Source: Planctomycetota bacterium
GTDB lineage: Bacteria > Planctomycetota > GCA-002687715 > CAIWVZ01
Reading direction: 5' to 3'
Assembly: GCA_044222185.1 (NCBI GenBank)
Contig: JBGANV010000005.1
Location: 160,001 to 224,000 of the forward strand
DNA length: 64,000 bases
Shown: positions 10,178 to 19,387 of the stretch, piece by piece
How positions within the stretch are numbered: position 1 is the stretch's first letter
Layout: every line of letters begins with the position of its first letter
The notes under the pieces: generated by a model
Told to the model about the DNA's origin: nothing
What the model saw: the letters and a program-made list of their open reading frames with translations, nothing else
The model's database searches: none
Translations under genes and position numbers: made by a program

Positions 10178-10933
10178 TCAGTCGGCGTCGCGCACGACCA
10201 GCGTGGCGAGTTTGACGAACGGGCGGGCCGATGGCGAGAAGGGCGCCTCGGCCGAGTAGAGCGCGACGTGCAGCGAAAGCGCGTGCGGCCCGATCTTCCA
10301 CGAGCGGATCGTCAGAGTCTTCGCACTCGCGTCCCCCGCCTCGTCCCGAGCGAGCGAAACCTCGCCCTTCACGTCGCCGCAAACGACGGCCGCGCTCACG
10401 GTGACCGCGGAACCGGTACCGGCGACCACGCTCACCGACTCGACCGTGATGGACTCGCCCGAGAGGTCGAGCTTCGCCGGAAGTCCTTCGTCGACCGCGA
10501 GTGGCGCCGAAGCGAACAAGGCGTTTTCAGGAAGCGGAAACACGGCGGGTCCGCCCAAGTTGGGGTCGACCGGCTTTGCGCCCGACGGCGATGCCGGGCG
10601 CTTCTGCGTGTGGAACGCGAGGAACCCCGTCACGGCCTCGGAGTCCTTCCGGCTGATCCCCGATTTCTCCTTCTGCGCCATGCGATCGACGCAGTCGCGC
10701 CATTGGTCGGCGGTGTAGCGCGCCGTCACGACACGCTTGATCGTGTGGCACTTCGTGCAGCGCTGCTCGGTGAGTTTCGCGGCGGCGACCATGGGCTCCG
10801 GATACCCGGTCGTGTCGAAACTGGCTTCGCCGTCCTGCACGGGCAGGACGAAGGCGATCGACGAGAGCAGAACGGCGCCCGCGGCGGCGAGACGTCGTTG
10901 GACGATCCGCGAAGGATTGACGCGTGGGGTCAT
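10178..10933 (-). CDS. Exported monohaem c-type cytochrome domain protein
   Basis: Signal/TM segment; CTKCH followed by W..CVDRM (possible Met distal ligand). Confidence 0.75.
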   Translation of the reverse strand: MTPRVNPSRIVQRRLAAAGAVLLSSIAFVLPVQDGEASFDTTGYPEPMVAAAKLTEQRCTKCHTIKRVVTARYTADQWRDCVDRMAQKEKSGISRKDSEAVTGFLAFHTQKRPASPSGAKPVDPNLGGPAVFPLPENALFASAPLAVDEGLPAKLDLSGESITVESVSVVAGTGSAVTVSAAVVCGDVKGEVSLARDEAGDASAKTLTIRSWKIGPHALSLHVALYSAEAPFSPSARPFVKLATLVVRDAD

Positions 10934-10934
10934 G

Positions 10935-13463
10935 TCAGTTGTTCTGCGCCCCCTGGGAGATCCAGGTGCTGATGGTGCTCAGGTCCTGTTGAGACAGATA
11001 CGGTCCGCCCAGCGGCATCTGGGGCGGGATCTGACCCGTCAGTCGTTTCATGATCAGGCTTCCGTTCGGGTCGCCTGGGACGACGACGACCCCGTTCTGA
11101 CCGCCCGCGAGCGTTCCCGCATACGTTTGAAGGTCGAGGTTCCCGAACGGCGGATGGCACGCGGTGCAATTCAGCTGGAGGATCGGAAGCACGTCGGCCG
11201 TGAACGAGACCCCGCTCCCACCACCCGTCGGTTGAGGAGGACGGTTGCCGAGCACGTCGCGGAACGGCACGGCCGAGGTGAAACCCGGCACGTCCAACGT
11301 GAGCGCCGCCGCATTCGCGTTGGGATCGCTCGCCGCCATGTACACCGGGAACGTTCGGCCGGCCCGGGCATTGGATGCGAATGGCGCGCGGCCCAGATCT
11401 CCGTGGACGGCGCCGTTGGAACCCGCGCCCTCGACCAGGTCGGTGAACGACCAATCCAGAGACTCGTCGTCGGCGAACCCGATGGGATCGGTCCGCGACG
11501 AGCCCCACCGCCAAAGGTCGGCCGTCTCGTTGAGCACCGCAGTGGAGAAGTGTTGCGCCTGCGGTGCCCCGAGCGGGCCGCCGGGCGCGTGACACGCATA
11601 GTTGCACCCGCCACCGGACACGAACGCGGACCGCGGCACGAGTCCGTTCCACAGAATGCGGATCTCGTCCTCATCGCCCTGCTGCGTCCAGAAGAAGCCG
11701 TCGAAGCTCCATTGGTCGCGACCACGGTCGGGCGCCACGTCGTCCCACTCGGCGACGATGAAGAGCTTCGATCCGCCGTCCGTCCCCGCCTTCAATCGCA
11801 GCCCCGCATCGGCGCCGGAAGTGACGACGGGAACCAGCTCGCGCGGATCCGTGAAGTCCGATGCATGGCTGGGCGAGAACCCGGCGCCGTAGTCGTGGAT
11901 GACGAGTGCCGTGGGTTGCGTGCCCGTCAGGCTGGTGTCGCGGCTCAGGAACAGCGGCCCAGGGTACATCGACTCGCGCACGCCGTGGCCGCTCGCGCGG
12001 TCGGTCAGCGACACCGAGAACGGAAGTCCGGACAGGGCCGTCGTGACGGCGTACGCGTCCTTCGCGAACGCCGCGTCCTCGTCGAACTGCACGTCGTCCT
12101 GCCGCGGCGCGCCGGCGGAGTCCCGCGTCACGCGACGGCGCCGGAACTCGACGACCCACTCGCCGCCGACGTGTGAGCTCGCAACCTCGACGTCCGCGCG
12201 GCTGTCCGAAGGCTGCTGCATGACGTAGGCGGGCAGGTAGTCGTTTCCAAAGAGCGGCGCCGAACCGCTCCAGGTCACGGGCGGAAGACCGGTGTTGTTG
12301 AAGTTCGACCCGATGAACGGGATCGCCGTCGATGCGACCGAGGGGATCACTGGGAAGCCGGAAAGGGTCCCCGCCGCGAAGTCGAGCGGACCATTCACGA
12401 GCGGTACGAAGCCGGGCGGCCCCACGGCGAACATGAACGCCGGCGCAGTCCCGTCCTGCACCGAGAACGGCGCAGCGCCGGCATCCGGCAACATCCCGCT
12501 TCCACCACCGGAAAACCCCAGGGCGAACGGCGCGGCGACGAGCAACCCGTCCTCCGCGCGCTTCCCTGGTGCCGTGGCGGCAGCGCGCCACTGCCACACG
12601 TCGCAGCGTTGATCCGGCGCCGACCACGCGTGAACGGCCTCGGCCCCCGAAGGCGCGAGTGACAGGTTCGTGTGGCACGAGACCGCGCAACCTGTCGCAC
12701 CATTCCGGAATGCGCCCTGCGAATCGTCGACTGGGAAGAACAAGGCGAGGCGGTCCTCGTCGTCGGCGGACGCGGAGTACGTCGCAGTCTCCCCCGCGCC
12801 GATGAGGCCGTTGCCGTTCGTGTCGTTCGCCGCATGCGGCCTGCGAACCCAGGCGGATCCGTTCCATTCGAGGACGGGGCCCTTGTCGCTCTTCGTCCCC
12901 GATGGATCGAACCACCGGAACGCGAAGTACACGTACTCGTCGTCGTAGGCGGAGGCCGTCGTCAAGCCCAACGGGCCTGCCGACGGATACGTGCCCGTCG
13001 GGAGGTTGCTCTGCGGCTGAAGCTCCAGGGTGTTGAACGAAAGCGGGTCCCACTCCGTCGGGCCGATGACTCCATCCGGAACCACGTGTCCGTTCGAAAC
13101 CTCGCGACACACGACGAGGTCACCGAGCGCCGAGGCGGCGGGGTCGGCAGTGAAACGGACGAGGGGGTTCCCCGTGTGTGCGAGGCCATCGTCCATGACG
13201 GCGACGCTGAACCGGAGGTCTCGCGGCCGCGGCTTGAGTGGTCGCGAAAAGACCACGGACCACTTCCCATTCTGGTGCGTGCTGTTTGCGCGGACCTCGC
13301 CGCGACCAGCCTGCGGCGTCGTGAGCGCCCATCCTGGAACGGTCGCCCCGACGGCGAAATCCGACGGTGGCGGCGGCACGGGTTGACCGCTGCCTCCCAC
13401 CGAACACACCCACAACATCGGCAGCGCGAGAAGGACGAGGAGTACGAAATGCCGGATGCGCAT
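10935..13463 (-). CDS. Exported haem protein with tandem ethylbenzene-dehydrogenase-gamma (EB_dh/DOMON-like) domains and a C-terminal planctomycete-type cytochrome c domain
   Basis: Start MRIRHFVLLVLL; two repeats of W.D...DED....GCxxxCH...D.W.W; C-terminal VSFTADVLPILQLNCTACH...PGDPNGSLI...QMP...WISQGA. Confidence 0.75.
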   Translation of the reverse strand: MRIRHFVLLVLLALPMLWVCSVGGSGQPVPPPPSDFAVGATVPGWALTTPQAGRGEVRANSTHQNGKWSVVFSRPLKPRPRDLRFSVAVMDDGLAHTGNPLVRFTADPAASALGDLVVCREVSNGHVVPDGVIGPTEWDPLSFNTLELQPQSNLPTGTYPSAGPLGLTTASAYDDEYVYFAFRWFDPSGTKSDKGPVLEWNGSAWVRRPHAANDTNGNGLIGAGETATYSASADDEDRLALFFPVDDSQGAFRNGATGCAVSCHTNLSLAPSGAEAVHAWSAPDQRCDVWQWRAAATAPGKRAEDGLLVAAPFALGFSGGGSGMLPDAGAAPFSVQDGTAPAFMFAVGPPGFVPLVNGPLDFAAGTLSGFPVIPSVASTAIPFIGSNFNNTGLPPVTWSGSAPLFGNDYLPAYVMQQPSDSRADVEVASSHVGGEWVVEFRRRRVTRDSAGAPRQDDVQFDEDAAFAKDAYAVTTALSGLPFSVSLTDRASGHGVRESMYPGPLFLSRDTSLTGTQPTALVIHDYGAGFSPSHASDFTDPRELVPVVTSGADAGLRLKAGTDGGSKLFIVAEWDDVAPDRGRDQWSFDGFFWTQQGDEDEIRILWNGLVPRSAFVSGGGCNYACHAPGGPLGAPQAQHFSTAVLNETADLWRWGSSRTDPIGFADDESLDWSFTDLVEGAGSNGAVHGDLGRAPFASNARAGRTFPVYMAASDPNANAAALTLDVPGFTSAVPFRDVLGNRPPQPTGGGSGVSFTADVLPILQLNCTACHPPFGNLDLQTYAGTLAGGQNGVVVVPGDPNGSLIMKRLTGQIPPQMPLGGPYLSQQDLSTISTWISQGAQNN

Positions 13464-13465
13464 GT

Positions 13466-14791
13466 TCAGAAATAGAAGAGCGTGCTGAATGCCAGATAGC
13501 GGATGTCCGGGCCCAGATCGCTGTCGCGGAAGAACTGCCCCGCTTCGATCATCAGCCGCAGATGGGGTGTCACGTCGTATTTGAGGCCGGCGACGGCCGT
13601 TTGAATGGCGAAGCTCTCGTTGTCGAGTTCGAGCACGCTGAACTTCCCGAAGGACCGCGGCGGCTGGCGCACGACCAGCTGATCGAGCTGCACGAAGAAC
13701 GCGAGCTCCGGGAGGATGCGGATCTGCGGGCGCAGCTTGAATCCGGACATGTAGGCCACGTCCACCACGGTCGCCGCCGGGTTCTCGACGACGGTCCCGG
13801 AGATCTCGCTCGGCCTGTAGAACGCCTCGACGTAGACGGAGAACGGACCGGAGGAGAACTCCAGGTCGCCCTCCGCGGCATAGAACGAACGGCGGTCGAA
13901 GGCGTCGTATTTCCCGGTCATTCCAGCGGCGCCGACCGTGACCTGCGTCTCGTCCCCGAGCCGGAACGTCCCGCTCACCCGACCGCCGAGAGTCTTGTTC
14001 TTGTTGTTGTCGCCGATGGTCCGCTTGTGGATCCCATCGAGCCCCTGCTCGTCGAAGCCGTTGATCACGTACCCCGCGTAGAAGAGCTCGTGTTCGTCCT
14101 CGGGACCAAACGGGATCCGGCCGGACACCATCGCGCCTTCGTCCCACCACGGTGGGTAGAGGAAGGGCTTGGGGCTGTTTTCGCGTGAATACGGTTCGAA
14201 AAAGCTGTCACTGGGAAACGCCCAGGCATGAACGCCGTTGAACGGCACGAGGAACCGTCCGCCCTGAACTTCGAGCCACGGCGCGAACGCGTACGCTCCG
14301 TAGGCCTCGAGCGCGTAGATGGCGCCGTCGTGGGACGCGCCAGGCGAGAGCTTCACCCGGAAGTGGTCGTCCAGACGGAGATTCATCTGGATGATCAAGT
14401 GCTCGAGTTCGAAGCTCGTGTCCGTGGAGACCGATGCGCCGCTGAAGAACCGGGCGACGAAACGCATCTGCCCGGAAATGCTCAGTTTCGTGGAGTCGCC
14501 GCTTCCCGCCGACCGCAGGGAGGAGATGCGCTCATCGACGGTTTCGTCGATGACGCGCTGGATCTCCTGCTCGAGCTTCTCACCGCGGGCTTCGTCAGCC
14601 TGCGCCGACAGCACGGACGAGAGTGTGAGCTCCAATTCCTGGAGGCGTTTCGCCTGGGAATCGTTCCGATCGCGCTCCGCACGGAGCGCATCTTCGAGAG
14701 CCTTGATCCGGTCGGCCGTTGGGTCCTGCGCGAGCAACGAACCCACGAACGTGCAGCTCCACGCGAGGAGCCAGAACGCCCTCATCACCAC
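13466..14791 (-). CDS. Outer-membrane beta-barrel porin (OprO/P-like) with N-terminal coiled coil
   Basis: Signal peptide, coiled coil, GRFLVPF, DNNKNKTLGGRV, amphipathic strands, C-terminal ...STLFYF. Confidence 0.75.
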   Translation of the reverse strand: MVMRAFWLLAWSCTFVGSLLAQDPTADRIKALEDALRAERDRNDSQAKRLQELELTLSSVLSAQADEARGEKLEQEIQRVIDETVDERISSLRSAGSGDSTKLSISGQMRFVARFFSGASVSTDTSFELEHLIIQMNLRLDDHFRVKLSPGASHDGAIYALEAYGAYAFAPWLEVQGGRFLVPFNGVHAWAFPSDSFFEPYSRENSPKPFLYPPWWDEGAMVSGRIPFGPEDEHELFYAGYVINGFDEQGLDGIHKRTIGDNNKNKTLGGRVSGTFRLGDETQVTVGAAGMTGKYDAFDRRSFYAAEGDLEFSSGPFSVYVEAFYRPSEISGTVVENPAATVVDVAYMSGFKLRPQIRILPELAFFVQLDQLVVRQPPRSFGKFSVLELDNESFAIQTAVAGLKYDVTPHLRLMIEAGQFFRDSDLGPDIRYLAFSTLFYF

Positions 14792-14941
14792 TCGACTCTC
14801 CCTGTTCCAACGCCGGCTGCTCCGGCGGGGATGCCGGCGTCAGGCACGGGCGTCAGCGGACGCAGCTACGGCGAAGCCGCTCCGCAGGGCGACGAGCGTA
14901 GGGATCGGACAGATCCGGGGCAAGAGGTCTTGCCCGGTCCG

Positions 14942-17900
14942 TCAAAGCAACGTGATCGCCGCGACGTTGGAAGGCGTGATGAGATCCGTGATCGGCGTGT
15001 AGGTGACCGACAGGGCGTACAGGGTCAGCCCGGTGAGCCCGGGCGGCAGAGTGCCGCCAGGGACCGCGAAGAGCGCACGCCCCGCGACGTCCAGGTTCCC
15101 GACGAACGGCGGCGTCCCGATACCGAACTGCGCCTCCAGGTCGATGGGTGTCGTCCAGAGCCCGAACCAGATGCCCTGATTCGGATTGGTCGCATTCGCG
15201 GGATCCGCCGTGAAGGTCGTGAAATAGAGCGCCAAGGTCGGGCCCGCAGAGAGATCGACCGTCGCGGAGCCCACTCCCCCCGGCTGCGACAAGGCCAGCA
15301 GGGGAGTCGAAACGACCAGGTTTGCGGCCTGGCTCACGACCGAGCCACACGCGTTCGTGATGACGACGTCGTACAGCCCAACTTCGGCCGGCAGGGCGAC
15401 GGGGTCAGTGAACGTGGGACCCGTCGCACCGACGATGGCGCCGCCATAGTGCCGCCATTGGTAATTCAGCGCCCCGCCCGTCGCCGTCACGCTGAAGGTC
15501 GCCGGCGCTCCGACGATGACCGTGATGTTCTGCGGCTGCGCCGTGATGGTGGGCACGCCGCCGGCGACCGTCAAGACGCCGTTGGCGCTCACGACGGTTG
15601 CGCAGCCATTGCTCACCGCGCAGCTGTACGCTCCCCCTTGCGCCGGAGTGGGATTCGGAATGGAGTACGTCGACGACGTGGCGCCCGCGATCGGCGTGCC
15701 GTTTCGCCGCCACTGGTAGGTGATCGACGGCGCCCCGTTCGGATTCGCCGTGATGCTCAACGTCACCGGCGTCCCTGCACAGATGCTCGACCCGACGGGA
15801 GGCTGGGTGATCTGCGGCCCCGGCTGGACGGATAGGATCGCCGCCGGAGAGCTCGTCGTCGCCGTGGCGCATCCGTTCGTCACGCTCACGACGTAGGCGC
15901 CCGTAGTTGCACCCGTGACCGAGGGCACGGTGTACGTCGGATTGGTCGCCCCGTTGATCGCCACGCCGTTGCGGAACCACTGGTAGAGCACCGGCGGAGC
16001 GGCAAGGACCTGGACACTGAACGTCGCGGGCGAGTTGATGCACACCGTCTGCGACTGCGGCGGCACCGTGATCGTCGGCGCCGATTCGACGTCGAGGAGC
16101 ACAGGGTCACTGGCGACCGCTCCGCCGCAGCCGTTGACCTGCGTGACTTCACAGAAGTACGTGCCGATGGAGCCGGCGTTCAGGTTCGTGATCGTGAGGA
16201 GCGTCGTGAGTCCCTGCTGCACGATGGTGATGCCGCCACCGGGTGACTGCCGCTTCCACGTGTACGTGAGCGGAACCGTGCCGGCGGCGACGAGGTCGAA
16301 CGTGGCCGTGCCGCCCGCGCAGCCCCGGTACGAGGTGGGTTGCGTGGTGATGGTCGGACCCGGGTCGACGGTCAGCACGCCAGGCGCGCTGAGGATGCTC
16401 CCGCAGGCGCCGCCGACCGTGACCGTGTACGAGCCGCCGTCAGACATCGCTGCGTTGGGGATCACGTAGCTCGACGACGTCGCGCCGTTGATCGGGGATC
16501 CGTCCTTGCGCCATTGGAACGTGGGATTCACCGATCCAGCGACGACGACGGTGAACGTGGCCGGGGCGCCGAGGCAGACCGTCTGCGTCGCGGGCGGCGT
16601 CGTCACCGTGAGCGGCGTATCGACCGAGACGGGAACGGCCGTCGTGGTCACGGAGCCGCAGCCATTCGTGACGACGCAGTCGTACACACCGTTGATCGCC
16701 GGCGTCGCCCCCGGGAAGGAAAGCGTCGACGCCGTCGCACCGGAGACGGGAACTCCGGCCTTGCGCCATTGGAACGTGAGCGGCGTCGCACCCGCGACGG
16801 TCACGCTGAGGGCGACGGATCCGTTCTGGCAGATCGAGACGGGAAGCGGCTGCGCGAGGATCACCGGCCCGGGCTGGATGTAACGACCGACGTTTCCGAG
16901 AGCGACCGTTCCCGACGACGAGAACTCCCCCCCGGCATAAAGGGCCGCGCCCACGCCGGAGAGGTCGTTGTGCACGCAAAGGGCATGGACCGAACCGGTG
17001 ACGCCGAACGAGAGATCACTCCACGACGTGCCGTCCCACGCGGCGATACCCCCGACGGGGACTCCCCCGGCCAGCCCGAACGTGCCGCCGACGATGAGCC
17101 GCGGCGTGCCGTCGGCCGAGTAGAACGACGCGAAGGACTCGGCCTGCGGCGCGAAGATCCCACCGCCGAGCCCGCTGCCGAGGCCGCTCCACGCAGTACC
17201 GTTCCATCGGGCGACGCCAACGGCCGCCTGGCCATCGACGATGGAGAAGCCGCCGCCCGCATACAACGCGTTACCCGTCGAGTCAGCGTGTGATTTGAGG
17301 CCGAGCACGGCGCCATTCGCGCCCGTACCGACCGCAGACCACGACGTGCCGTTGAATCGAGCCAGATTCGACGCGGCCGCGACGCCGGCCATGGAAAACC
17401 GCCCGCCCGCATAGAGTTTGCTGCCGGTCCCGTCGTCGTGGACGGCGAGAGCCTTCACGGAAGCGACGAGGTCTCCGGTGATTCCCCCGCCGACGGCGCT
17501 CCACACGCTCCCGTTCCAGCGCGCGACGAACGATGCGGGCGACCCGCCCGCCAGGGTGAAGTTTCCGCCGACGAAGAGCTTTGGACCGGTGCCGTCGTCG
17601 AACACTGCGATGTCGTTGACGATGGTCCCGAAGAACCCGCCGGAAACGCCCGCGCCGACGGCGCTCCATGCCGTGCCGTTCCACCGTGCGATGCCGTTGG
17701 CAGGAGTGCCGCCGGCCGTCGTGAAGGCGCCCACGACGTAGAGCGCGTTGCCGCTGCCGTCATTGTGCAGGGCGAATGCCGTCACGGCGCCATTGGTGCC
17801 GGTAGAAAGAGCGGACCACGCCGTGCCGTTCCACCGTGCGATGTTCGCGGCGCTCACGCCGCCGGCCGTCGAGAACGCTCCGCCGGCGTAGAGCAGGGTG

Positions 17901-18067
17901 CTCGCACCGAGCGTGAAACCGCCGATCGCATGGACCGGGCCATTGAGCCCGGGAGCGGCGAGCGCTCCGCCCGTCCACTGCGGACCGCACGGGACCTGTG
18001 CCGGAAGCGCGCCCACGAGGAGGCAGCAAATGAGTACGAAGTTCAACCATAGGCGAGAGGCTGCCAC
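14942..18067 (-). CDS. Secreted protein: beta-propeller (ARWNGTAWS repeats) + six Ig-like domains + C-terminal domain
   Basis: GTG start with upstream GGAG; about 6-7 LYAGG.F...ARWNG..WS repeats; six P.IT.QP...YQW...G.Y.C.V.N.CG Ig repeats. Confidence 0.85.
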   Translation of the reverse strand: MAASRLWLNFVLICCLLVGALPAQVPCGPQWTGGALAAPGLNGPVHAIGGFTLGASTLLYAGGAFSTAGGVSAANIARWNGTAWSALSTGTNGAVTAFALHNDGSGNALYVVGAFTTAGGTPANGIARWNGTAWSAVGAGVSGGFFGTIVNDIAVFDDGTGPKLFVGGNFTLAGGSPASFVARWNGSVWSAVGGGITGDLVASVKALAVHDDGTGSKLYAGGRFSMAGVAAASNLARFNGTSWSAVGTGANGAVLGLKSHADSTGNALYAGGGFSIVDGQAAVGVARWNGTAWSGLGSGLGGGIFAPQAESFASFYSADGTPRLIVGGTFGLAGGVPVGGIAAWDGTSWSDLSFGVTGSVHALCVHNDLSGVGAALYAGGEFSSSGTVALGNVGRYIQPGPVILAQPLPVSICQNGSVALSVTVAGATPLTFQWRKAGVPVSGATASTLSFPGATPAINGVYDCVVTNGCGSVTTTAVPVSVDTPLTVTTPPATQTVCLGAPATFTVVVAGSVNPTFQWRKDGSPINGATSSSYVIPNAAMSDGGSYTVTVGGACGSILSAPGVLTVDPGPTITTQPTSYRGCAGGTATFDLVAAGTVPLTYTWKRQSPGGGITIVQQGLTTLLTITNLNAGSIGTYFCEVTQVNGCGGAVASDPVLLDVESAPTITVPPQSQTVCINSPATFSVQVLAAPPVLYQWFRNGVAINGATNPTYTVPSVTGATTGAYVVSVTNGCATATTSSPAAILSVQPGPQITQPPVGSSICAGTPVTLSITANPNGAPSITYQWRRNGTPIAGATSSTYSIPNPTPAQGGAYSCAVSNGCATVVSANGVLTVAGGVPTITAQPQNITVIVGAPATFSVTATGGALNYQWRHYGGAIVGATGPTFTDPVALPAEVGLYDVVITNACGSVVSQAANLVVSTPLLALSQPGGVGSATVDLSAGPTLALYFTTFTADPANATNPNQGIWFGLWTTPIDLEAQFGIGTPPFVGNLDVAGRALFAVPGGTLPPGLTGLTLYALSVTYTPITDLITPSNVAAITLL

Positions 18068-18597
18068 GAGTTCTGACTCCACGGAGTTGGTTTTCGATTG
18101 ACGGCGGCCGAGGAAGCGCCAGCGCAGACGAGGGGCAAACCCGAGTCCCGAAGGAGCGCGGGACGTGTTGTCGTGCGGACGAACGGCCGACGGGGTAGCG
18201 GAGCTTACCCGCCGTGCGGACGGTCGCACAGGCCCGCGGTCAAACTGCCGGCCGGTGAAATCCGTGCACGTTCGGGGGGTTTTTTCGGGGGTGGCGGGTT
18301 GGTCGCAGCCATGTGCGTGAACGGGGACTCCACCGGGTTCGCCAGTCTCCGCAGCGTCGGGTATGCTCTCGCCCCGCGGTCAAAACCGCAGGAGTGAGAA
18401 CGCCTATGACTGTCCCAGCCCTTGCCGAGGGCTGCGGTGCGATGTCCCGAGCCACCGCTCGGACGTCGTGACGACCCGGCCGCACGGCGGCCCGCGAGTC
18501 CTCGAAGCGCCGAGCGCCGCATCAGCGGCCGCGCTCTCCGTCCATCCTGGCGAACGAGTCGAGCGCCACGTGACGCAAACGAACCAATCTCACTCCC

Positions 18598-19335
18598 ATG
18601 ACCGATCCCTGGTGGCAAACGTTCTTCAACGGGCTGGCGGCGCAAACCGTTCCGGCCCTGTACTCGGCGGCGCAAACGGAACTCGAAGCGGAGTTCCTCG
18701 AGAGGCACCTCGGACTGCGCCCCGGCGACGCCGTCCTCGATGCACCCTGCGGCGGCGGGCGATTATCCGTCGCCCTGGCATCCCGTGGGTTTCGCCTGAC
18801 AGGCATCGACATCAGCCCCGAACTCGTCTCGACGGCTCGCGCGTCCGCGGCCGGCATCACGCCCGAACCCCGATTCGAGGTCGCCGACATGCTCGCGTTG
18901 GACGTCGACGGGGGATTCGATGCGGGGTTCTGCTTCGGCAACAGCTTCGCCTACTTCGACGACGCGGGGAATGAGCGGTTCCTGCGATCGATGGCGACGG
19001 TCCTGAAACCGGGCGCGCGCTTCGCGGTCGACACGCTCTGCGCCGAGACGATCCTTCCCCACATCGTTCCTCGGCGGTGGTTCCGGCTGGCCGGCACGAC
19101 CATGCTCTCGGAAACCCGATTCGACGCCGCCACGGCGACGCTCGCGACCGAGTACACGTTCCTGCGCGGTGGTGCCGAGGAGACGAAGCAGGCGCGCTAT
19201 CGGATCTACGGGCTGAAACAGCTCGTCGACCTCTTGACCGCGTGCGGATTCGCGTCCGTCGAGGCGTACTCGGACACGGACGGGACGCGGTTCGCCTTCG
19301 GTGCGCGACGGCTCGTTCTCGTCGCGACGCGGTAG
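18598..19335 (+). CDS. Class I SAM-dependent methyltransferase
   Basis: VLDAPCGGGR motif I, TGIDIS, ADML, LKPGARF. Confidence 0.9.
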   Translation: MTDPWWQTFFNGLAAQTVPALYSAAQTELEAEFLERHLGLRPGDAVLDAPCGGGRLSVALASRGFRLTGIDISPELVSTARASAAGITPEPRFEVADMLALDVDGGFDAGFCFGNSFAYFDDAGNERFLRSMATVLKPGARFAVDTLCAETILPHIVPRRWFRLAGTTMLSETRFDAATATLATEYTFLRGGAEETKQARYRIYGLKQLVDLLTACGFASVEAYSDTDGTRFAFGARRLVLVATR

Positions 19336-19342
19336 AAGGAGC

Positions 19343-19371
19343 GCCGCGCCCCGGATGCCCCGGGGCGCGGC
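19343..19371. repeat. Perfect 12-bp GC hairpin (member of a small dispersed intergenic family)
   Basis: GCCGCGCCCCGG-ATGCC-CCGGGGCGCGGC; no U-tract. Confidence 0.6.
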
Positions 19372-19387
19372 CGCTACACTCGGCGCC

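Noticed and set aside
13464-14150. N-terminal extension of the 1071-aa ORF
   Set aside because: Overlaps the porin gene in another frame; the signal peptide begins at ATG 13463
17671-17843. Identical 23-nt DNA repeat (ccgtgccgttccaccgtgcgatg) at 17671 and 17821
   Set aside because: Encodes repeated IARWNGTA propeller blades; not a DGR template/variable pair, and no reverse transcriptase is present
18134-18210. c-di-GMP-I riboswitch look-alike (GGCAAACC...GAAG...GGGACG...GGTAGCGGAGCTTACC)
   Set aside because: The conserved CAAAG junction after GGGACG is absent and no 5' strand pairs with GCGGAGC to form P3; an Infernal scan with the c-di-GMP-I model would settle it
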